Of a stretch of DNA of 64,000 nt, positions 15,189-26,500 are shown piece after piece. The notes under the pieces were generated by a model. That model did no database searches. It saw only the letters and a list, made by a program, of their open reading frames with translations, and had not been told where the DNA came from. A program made the translations under genes and the position numbers. Numbering within the stretch: position 1 is the first letter of the stretch; the number at the start of each line of letters is the position of its first letter. This DNA comes from Chrysomallon squamiferum (Eukaryota; Animalia; Mollusca): positions 18,042,001-18,106,000 of the forward strand of contig CM022669.1 of the NCBI GenBank assembly GCA_012295275.1. Reading direction: 5' to 3'.

Positions 15189-16187
15189 TATTATAATTAT
15201 TATCACTTTAATAATTAATCAGTCATATTTATTTGAGTATTTATTTAGTTTAATTAGTTATATATTAATTATTATTATTATTTTTTTAATGTTATTTTCC
15301 TCTCAATTTAATTTAAAAATTTTTTTTTTAGTTATTATTATTTTGTTTTTATTATCATTTTGCTCAAAAATTTATTACAATTATAGATAGTGCCATATTC
15401 ATAGCATGTAATATTAATAATACAGATAAGTTAATATTGTAGTATAAGTTATTACATAGCAGTTATCCTTGTTTTTTTTTCTTTTTGTTTTTCTCTTCAG
15501 TTATTATTTAACCTCTATTGCCAACCTAATTTTTGAGATTTTAACAACAAAATCCTTAACATGAATATCTACAACACCTTAAAAAAAAAAATGTACTACA
15601 TTTTTTTTTTTCAGTTATTATTTAACCTCTACTGCTAACTTAATTTTTAAGATTTTGACAACAAAATCGTTAACATGAATATTTGTGACACCTTAAAATT
15701 AAAAACAAATTTTTTAAATTTAATTTAATATTTTTTTCAGGAAAACAGAAAATTCTTAATTAAAACTTCTTTTTCTTTTTTTTATTTAAATTTTTTCAGA
15801 CTGCCACCTTCAGTCATCTCTTCCACCTTTAACACATACTGTAACCTGCTGAACCTGGACAAAAATGACGCCACCAGAGGGCGCACTTCACTCATTCAAA
15901 CTCTGGAGGAATTTGCCTACACTTTCCTCACAAATGCAAAATGTCCAACCCCAAGTCCACCAGAAACGTAAGTTGCACTTGTAATGTTTAATGTAATATG
16001 TAATCTGAATGTGTCTGCAGTTTTTTTTTTTTATTAAAATGTTGTTGGTTTTTTTTTAATCAAATTATTTATGAAATGGCTTTGTTAATACATATTACTT
16101 GGTTATTATTTTAATTTTAATTTTTATAAAATAAAATTACTCTTAATATGTGGATCATTATTGTTCCAATAATATATTTTATAAATT

Positions 16188-16221
<34 letters not shown>

Positions 16222-16638
16222 ATTATTCTGATTCCAAATATAAACCATAAGATGCTTTTACAAAAATATTTAATTCTAAAAATAGGTTATATTTTCTTAA
16301 CATAGATTTTAAATGGATTTATTGAATACACTGAAATTTAATTAAAAAAATATATATATATTTATATTTCAGACTAAGTCACAGATGTAATTATTTGAAA
16401 GTATCTGCAGGCCGATGGCCAATCAAAGATCTCCAAGGTTATAGCTATGCAGCAGAGTAAGTTTTTTTAATTGACTGTAATCAGTAATTATAACAAAAAT
16501 TATATACAGTTTCTGAGTCTATATAACTCCTTATTGCATGAGTAATCATTAATTTTGTGTGTCACAAAGATACATAATGAGTGAATAGGAGATATATACA
16601 CACATGGTGTGGAGAGAAAACCAGAGAGAGAGCTAAAC

Positions 16639-16669
<31 letters not shown>

Positions 16670-18730
16670 AGAATCTGTGAGATTAGATAATGTTTTTCTA
16701 TTTCACAGGCGAAATGACAAGTTTGTTTTGCCAGCATCCATATCTGCACAGGTGCCAGCTGATGCTAATGGGGTAGGACAGCTTATTTTTGTAATCAGTC
16801 ACATTAAAAATGAATCATACATAGCCTTTTGCAAATTCATCTGTCAAAAAAGAATTAACACATACTTCTTGAGTACGTATTTTATATAAGATTATATATA
16901 ATCAATTGTATTTATTGCAAAATAATGGTTATCAGTTTTAAGGATGAGTTTGATTAGGATTTGTTATTAAAAGTTTTATATAGCTTAGAGCATGCTTCAT
17001 TTATTGCAGATTGGTCTCCCTTGATAATGAATATGCTATTTTGTTTAAATAAAGATTACTATTACTACTCTAATACTATTACTATTATTATCATTATCAT
17101 TATTGTTGTTGTTGTTGTTGATGATGATGTAGTTACTGTTATTGTTATCATCATTATCTTCATTATCATTACTTTATTATTATTATTATTATGATTATTG
17201 TTATTATTATTATTGTTGTTAATTTTAGTGTCATGACTTCAACTTCATGGAGTTTAACAGTGACCAGTGGTTCAAGTCAGGAAACAGCAAGCAGCTTCTT
17301 AGCAGCAGAGTGAGTGTATCAGAGTGACACGGGAAATATACTGAACAAAACAATTATGGTTCTGTTTAATTTGCCAGAGGATTGCATTCCTAAATGTTCA
17401 GTTTTTGAAGCAGTTTTTTCATTCTTATGAACTCTTTTTACTAAGTTTAAATAAGGTTCTAATATAACTCTAAGTTTGGTTTGGTTTCTGTTCTAATATC
17501 TTCATTTATGTATTTATTTGTTTAATTAGGTTATTGCTTTTGGAATCAAAGGGAGACAATCGGGATACACAAAAAGTCTAGAAGTTATTTTTACTAAATG
17601 TAATTAAGGTCCTATTGAAATTATTTCATGTATTAAGTGAAGTTTGGTTTCTGTTCTGATTTTAATTTCAATTTAATTTTTAATTTTTTTAATTAGATTA
17701 TTGCATTTGGTATCAAAGGGAGACAATCAGGATACATAGACACTCCTGTGACATTCAGAATACACAGTCCAGACAGACGAGTAGCAACACAGACAGCTCA
17801 GTATGTTGTTAATCATATTGTGTTATTACTAGTCGTTTTTTTTTTTTTTTTTCTGTTATTATTGTTATTATTGTCATTGTTACTGTTTAGTTGTTACATT
17901 TCATTCAATGGAAATTCATATTTCTACCATTCTCTTTTGGCATGGTTAGGTTTTAAATTCTTATTTTTTATTTTATTATTTTATTTTATTTTATTTTATT
18001 TATTTATTTACTAATTTCATAATTTTATTTTATTTTATTTTTATTTTGTTTTATAGCATTTTTTAAATTATAAATCTCTTTTTTTACATTATGATATTAA
18101 TTATTGTCAATTATTTTTTATCTATTGTGTTTTTGTTGGTTTTTGACTTTTTGTCTTATTGCTACACTGACATGAAAAATATTTGGTTCAGTCATTATTC
18201 ATCAGATGATAATCATAGTTACCAGAAAAATAGTTTTCTGATATTTTTAATTTTACTTCTTTTTTTTCAGATGTGTCTATTTTGACATGGGTTTAAAGAA
18301 ATGGGTGGGGCCAGAAAATGTCTGCAAGGTGACTAACAACCTTCAACTTGGCACTGATGACTATGTTGACTGTTCTTGCAAACACATGACTAGTTACGCT
18401 ATTGTTGCTAAGACCAATGAAGCTGGACTGGTTGGATACACTCTGTGGTTTTTCATTGCCTGTTTTATATGCATTGTATGTACTTAACCTTTTCTCTTGC
18501 TAACTCTGTTAGAGAATACATTAATTTTTATTATTTATTATTATTGACTCTCTCTTTGTTAACTTTCCATGTTCTTATCCATTTTTGTCTGTTTTCTTTA
18601 CCTTTCATTTTCACACTGATCTCTCTCTTATGATCTTCTGTTTTCTTTTCTTCATTACTGTCTCTCTCTCTCTTTCTCTCTTCCTTTCTACCTTTCTCTC
18701 TATCTGTTTTTCTGACTTTCATTCTCTTTT

Positions 18731-18818
<88 letters not shown>

Positions 18819-19501
18819 ATCTGTCCACTTCTTTCTTTAATAACATTTGAATTCTGTTTGTAACAAATCATTTTATTTTGTTGAATATTATAAAGAGAGA
18901 ATACACCAGTCATTTATTTTATATTTATTTACATTTTTAATATATATTTGTAAAAATCTAATTCACTAAACATTAATCTTTTTGTTTTCCACCATTGTTA
19001 TTCAAGTTTTGTTTTGTTTGGTTGTTTTTGTTTATTTTGAATCTTGACTCTTTTTTCAGGGTTGTATGTTTTTGACTCTTCTTGTTCATCATGCCTGTGC
19101 AACACAACCTACTATTTCTGCCTGCCTTATCATGCACCTGTGCTTTGCTGCCATGGCAACTCAGGTAATTAGTTAAATCAGAGCGAAAATCCCAAACAAA
19201 AAGACAACAACAAAAAATTATAAAATTAAAATTAATTTTAATATATAAAAATATTATACTGAACTGAAATATAATTTCTGTTTATAATTTTCTATGGTAT
19301 GTTTTGTTCTGCTTAACATATTGGCATAATAGATAAATATAAAAACTGTTTTCAGTGCTTATCATAGATCTTTTCAACCTGTCTTTAACTAGAAGTCAGT
19401 TAGGCATATTGCTTAAATATATTTTATTTTAATAATACCTTTTCTTCCAGTTACTGTATTATATTACTATTATAATTTCTACTGTTATTGTTATTATTGT
19501 T

Positions 19502-19558
<57 letters not shown>

Positions 19559-19607
19559 ACTACTACTACTACTATCATCATCATTAATTATTTGTTTATT
19601 TATATGT

Positions 19608-19638
<31 letters not shown>

Positions 19639-20717
19639 TATGTTTATTTATTTATTTATTTATTATTTGTGATTAGACTTCTGTTGAAAGATACATAGAG
19701 AAGTATCATTCACTTATATAAAGATATATTTTAAATATCTTAATCTTTAAAAACAGTTTTCAGGTAAATATGAAGATATCATCTGATTATGTATTTCTTT
19801 TTGTTGTTGTTTATTTTTCTTCTAATACGTGTCATAATAATTTTTAAAACATTATTACATATACAAGAAATATATCAGGACTAAACATTGCTTGTAATTA
19901 TTTATCTTCTTATTTTCTTTCTTGTTTTGGGGGTGTTTTTTTTTCATTGTCGACTTTACTTTATCTACAGATATGCCTTGTAGTTGCTGCATATCTAAGT
20001 CCAACAGAAATCCTCGTGCACAACACCTCTGACGACAACTACCGCTGCATCGTGATGGGAATTTTCATGCACTACTTCTTCCTTGCTCAGTTCACATGGA
20101 TTCTTACACAGGCAAATTTCAATACATTAATAATTTTTCTTTTAATTTTAATTTATTAATCATTTTTCTTTTAATTTAATTTATTAATCATTTTTCTTTT
20201 AATTTTAATTTATTAATCATTTTTCTTCTAATTTTAATTTATTAATCATTTTTCTTTTAATTTTAATATATTAATATTTTTAATACATTTTTCTTTTAAT
20301 AGTCTTTTTCTTTAAATATATTTATATCTGTTTTGTTTTATTTAATTTCAGGCAGTAAATTTCTGGAAACTGTTAATATTGAATGATGAACATACAGAAA
20401 GAAAATATGTGTACTTTTTTATGTCAGGATGGGGTAAGCAATATATAAAAAAAAATGATTTTTTGAATAATTTCAGTTTCGTTGTTTATATTTTCAAAAA
20501 TAATGGGTGTAAATGAAAGAGTTTTATGAAGATTTTGAGGTGTTAAGTACAAACAGCAAAATGTTTTCCATGAAAACATACATGAACATTTCAAAAGTTT
20601 TATTAGGAATATGTGTGTGAACATTCCAAATTGAATTTAAAAATCTCTTTCAAAGGTGCCATTTTGATTCATGATCAGAATTTATGTATTTATTTATTTA
20701 TTTATTATTATTATTAC

Positions 20718-20784
<67 letters not shown>

Positions 20785-21168
20785 ATCAGTACTATTATTA
20801 AACTGAGTATGTGTATTAAAATTATTTTTATCAACATTAACTTTTACTTACTTATCTTTAATAATAAAATCAATAAAGTATCCATAATATTGATTCTTAT
20901 TAAATAATTTCTGTTTAATGTTTTCATTTATTAATTAATAAGTCTGACAACATGCTTATTTTTAAAACTTATTATTATTTATCATAAATAGTTTATTTAT
21001 TTATTTATTTATTTATTTACTTACTTATTTATTTATTATCATTTATTTATTTTTACATTTATTTATTTATATAGTTATTATCATGCTTGTTTATTATCAT
21101 TTATTTATTTTTACATTTATTTATTATTTATATTTATTATTTACTTATTTATTTATTTATTTACTTAC

Positions 21169-21217
<49 letters not shown>

Positions 21218-22044
21218 AGTGTTTTCTTTTAAAATTCATACAAATTTCTAAACAATTATAATTTTTTATTTTTTTATTTTATTTTATTTTCAGGTTTGCC
21301 ATTGATAATAATAGCAATATTTTATGCTGTTGTTTATAATCTGTACAAATCTCTCTATGATATGCCAGTGGGTTTTATATATGGTGATGTCAACAACAAT
21401 TCAGAAATGTAAGTATAGTGCATGTTGTTTACTGATAATAATGGAATTGTTTTATCCAAGTTTATTGTATTTTGTTTTAGTTAATTTAATTTTTTTTTTT
21501 TTTTTCTTTTTTTTTTAATTATTATTATTATTACTGGTTTTATTTATCTTTTTATCTATTTTCTATTTTTTTATTTAATTGTTTTGTTTTCTTATTATAT
21601 ATGTTCATTTGTTTTATTTTATTTTATTTTATTTTATTTGAGCTAATATTATTTTCCTTATATTTACTTTTATTTGTTACTTTATTTATTTTTATGTATT
21701 TCTTTCTTTTTTTTTAAATTCATTTCATTTTATTTATTTATTTATTTATTTATTTTATTTGTGTTTTTTGTTTTTTTTTTTCATTTTATTTTATTTTATT
21801 TTTATTTTATTTTTTTATTTTTTTTTTTTTTTTTTATTTCATTTTTATCACTTATATATTTGTTATATTTCAGTTTCTATTTATTTTACTTATTTATTTA
21901 TTTTTAGTTGCTTTTATTTCATTGTGTATATTCATTTTAAGTTTATTACCATTTATTTTAATTTTTATTCCATTCTTTTTTTTTTTTTTTATATTTCTAC
22001 TATTATTTTTGTTTTATTTTATTTCATTTAATGTATGCACACAC

Positions 22045-22075
<31 letters not shown>

Positions 22076-22555
22076 TTGAGCTCACTCTCCTGATAAGTAC
22101 TATAAACACTAACTACATTTTCTTTTTACCTGTGTGTACCTCATTCAGGTGTTTCATCACAAATGCGTACGCTGCACTTGGAGGGGTAATTATTCCACTT
22201 CTGCTGATGTTGATGACAGCTGGAATCATTTTCATTAAAGCCTTCCAGCTTCTTCCTGCCTGGCAGGCTTATGACGACATCTACAGAGGCAGATACAACT
22301 ACAACGGTTGGTACTTCACTGTCTTTATTTAAAATTTGTTGTATGGGTTTTTTGTGCAGTGTTTTTTGTTAACTAGCCTTATTACATTGAAATTTATTAG
22401 GTATTGATGTTATATAAGTTTGTATCATGACATTTACAGAGGCAAATACAAATATAATGGCTGAAGCTAAACTTTCTGTTTTTTTTTTTTTTTTTTCTTG
22501 GTGTTGTGTTGGTTTTTTTTTTAATTTATTTATTTATTTATTTATTTATTTATTT

Positions 22556-22629
<74 letters not shown>

Positions 22630-23414
22630 TTAAACTAGCCTTAATACATCACTGAAGTATTTGAACTGTCAAGAAATGAACTATTGATATTATATATGCA
22701 TGTATATCACATCTACAGAGTTCAATAGAAGTAAACAGTGGTGTCATGGTCTATACTGGCTGACTGTTTTAAAAGTTTACACTGTGTTGATTATTTTCGT
22801 AGTATCGGAGAGTTTGTTATTTTGTTGACTGTTTTTTTTCAGAGGTGCGGTTGATTCTGCTCTTCTGGTTGGTCATTGTCCTGACCTGGCTGTGGGGAGG
22901 TCTCCACATGGTGTACGGTCAACTGTGGATGCTCATTCTCTTCTGTATATTTAACATACTCCAGGTGAGTCCCGTTTGTAGATTTACGTAAACTGAAAAG
23001 TGTAAAAAATTTAAACAATTATAAATAAATAAATAGGTAAAAATGATTTGTTTTGTTCATTTGTTTCTGAGGTGTTATTTTGGGTGGGTGTGGGAGTTTT
23101 AAATACTTTTTTTTTTAATATATACATTAAATAAATAGTGGAATATAGAATGGATTTTAAAAAAAAAAATTTAAAATTTAAACAAATAATTATAATAATA
23201 ATAAAAAAGAACAGGAACAACAACAATGTCAACAATAATGATAAATAAAATTGCGCTTGAAATAAATTTTTAATTTAACTAAAAAGTTTTGAGACACATG
23301 TTTGTGAATGTAAATGTGAAATGGGTAATTATAATACAGATTCAGTGTCCAATAAATGTCTTTTGTTTTGATTTCAGTTATTATGTTATTGCTGGCATCA
23401 TGTATAAAACCTTC

Positions 23415-23471
<57 letters not shown>

Positions 23472-23510
23472 TTAACAATAATAACAATAATAACAACAAT
23501 AATAATAATG

Positions 23511-23544
<34 letters not shown>

Positions 23545-26500
23545 AATAATAATAATAATAATAATGATGGATAAATAATAAATAATAATAATAATAATAA
23601 ATAGATATGTCACTGGCAGCTCTGGATAAATATGTAAATATAAAAAATTACATAAAAAAAATCTTATTCTGAAATAATTCTGTTATATATATATATATAT
23701 TTTTTAATTATTTTTCAGGGCATACTGGCTCTTATAATGTATGGCATCATTCGAAATCCGGTACTGTCCTGCATATTTGGGCCCAGGAATGCAAGTTATG
23801 CTGTAAGCTCAGACTTTGATAACTTCTTTCCAACTACAAGTAGTAACTTTCACTTCCAGCCATCACAGGGGTCAGCAGAAACACCCAAAGGATCAAGAGC
23901 TTCTCTTCTCAATGAAGTAATTATTAAGTCATTTGAACATTTAAATTTTTAAATTTTTGAAACAAAAAATTTTAATTTTCAAATTTTGCTCTTTTTAAAT
24001 TCCATTTTTATATTTTTGGAAAATTCCCTATTTGACATTGTTATTTATTTACTTTTTTTACATTTTTGAAAAATTCTTCTTTTTTATATTTTTGAAAATT
24101 CTTCTTTTTAATATTTTTGAGAATTCTTATTTTTTAATTTTTGAAAATTCTTATTTTTTACATTTTTTTAAAATTCCTTTTTGACATTACCAAAATTCCT
24201 TTAGCTTTGTTTTTTTAGCATTAAATACTTTTTAAGATTGAATTTTAATATTATATTTTTCAGTTCCCTTATAAGTAAACCTACTTTTTTAAAATTCAGA
24301 TTAGATATTTCTATTTGAATAGTTCCTTTTAGCATTTGATTTAATTCTTTTGGAAATAATATTTTTTGATATAATTATAGTTTGCAGATATTATAAATTA
24401 AAATTAAGTTTTAAAATTATTTTAAAATTTAGATTTTTTCGAATTTAAAATTTATCAACATTTTTAATTTTGTAATTATTTTATTTGCTAATTTTTTCAT
24501 TCATCATTTTAGTTAACTTTTATCTTTTTAGCTTTAACAATTTAAAAAAATATTTTTTCTTTTCTTTCTTTGTCTGTGTTTCCCTTTAAATATCAACCTT
24601 TATCTTATAATTTTTACTTTAAATAAACATTTTATTTTGTGCATTTATATTTCAAAAATGAAACATTTTAAATTGTTTAACATTTTTGCATTTTTTTTTA
24701 TTTTTTTTTTTATTTGTCCTAAAACGAAATATAAAAATATTGTAGTAACCTTTAATTTTGTTTGGTATTTTAAATGCTTTCAGAAAGTGAAATTTAGTTT
24801 TAGTTTTTGTATAGATACTTTGAAAACTAAATTTTAAAAAAATATTTTTTAATGTTTTTTTACAAGATTTGTTTTTTTAAATCAAGTTTTATAGTTAAGT
24901 GTTTTATGAAATTCAGTTTGACATTTTTATTTTATCTTTGTGATTTACTTTGTAATAACAACTAGATTTAATTGATTAACATTTCATTTTTTAATTTGAA
25001 GATATAAATATTTTACATTAGTGTTTTTTTAATAATAAAAATAAATAATATAAAAAATTTAAATTTCAATGTTTAATTTAATACAATTTATGTAATTTCA
25101 TGAGTAAATACAAATTTTAAAAAATCCAAGAAACAATTTAGGAACAAAAAAAAATGAGGAAAAAAAAAAATACCAAACATTAAAAAAAAAAATTTTTTTT
25201 TTTTTTTTTTTTTTTTTTAAATGAAAATAATAAATAATTTTTTTTTTTAAATATAATAACCAAATAATAATATTAATAATATCAATAATAATTTTTAATA
25301 ACAAGAACAGTAAAAAAAAAAAAATAAAAAAAATTAGAAAATTGTTTAAAAAATTAAAAGAATTAATAAAAATGTAATTAAAAAAATATATATAATAATA
25401 ATAATAATAATAAAAAAATTTTAAAAGTTAAAAAAATAGCAATTACTAACAGTGTTAATACTAAAAACAATTTTAAAAAAAAAAAAAAAAAAAATGAATT
25501 GCTCAGTTTACCTTACAGAATAACATTTTTTGTCACAATCATGAAGGTATATATCAGTATATATATAAATATATTTCACAACAGTTTTGATATTTGCAGT
25601 GTAAATTACAGCTGATAGCTTTTTCTCTGGGAGCTGAATCAAACTCCGTGGTTGATCAGGAGGTTGTATAAACGCTTATATTGGTTGACCTGTTGGGTAT
25701 CCCCTCCCCACCGCGGTGCTTTGGCAGTGGTATATTGTAAATATATCACACATCTTGTTGTGAGCTCTGCTCTCTTAGTATCATGGGGGAAGACAGTATT
25801 TAAAAAACCCTTGCTGCTAAATGTGAAAACATAACCAGTGTGTTGAAAGCAGTTTGTTTAGTATCTGTTTATTTTATATATCATAATATGTCCTGTTTTT
25901 GGGGAAGATGGTATATATATATATATATATAAAAACATACTGAGTGCTTAATGAAAAAGCATAACCTGTGTGTTGAAAGCAGTTTGCTCATTTTTGTATC
26001 ATTGATGGATATATATATATCATAATATCTCCTGCTATTGACATATATAAAAGAATTCTAGATGCTTAATGAAAAACTCAGGGAAGATGGTATATAAATT
26101 AATCCTTGGTGCTTAATGAAAAAGCATAACCTGTGTGTTGAAATCAGTTTGCTTATTTTCTGCTTCATATTTAGTTACATGTATCATAATAACTTCTGCT
26201 GTTGATATAAAAACTGGGGTATAAAAGAACCCTAGCCTGTTAAATAAAAAGAGCAATCTCTGTGGTGAATGGAAAGTATTTTCTGCTTCACAGTTAGTTT
26301 GTTATTATATATTAGGATACATATTCCTTTTGGGCATACCCATCAGTGTTTGTTGGGGAGTTGGTATGTAAAAGAACCCTTACTGCTAAATTAAAAAAAA
26401 AATGGAACCTGTGTGAGCAGTTTGTTTATTTTCTGCTGAATTAGATTTATTACATAGAATCACAAGTATTTTTTCTTTTTGGGAATAACAATATATGAAA

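Noticed and set aside
15496-15700. Duplicated units after T-tract+CAG as mutually exclusive exons
   Set aside because: The required reading frame contains a stop in both copies and there is no suitable donor.
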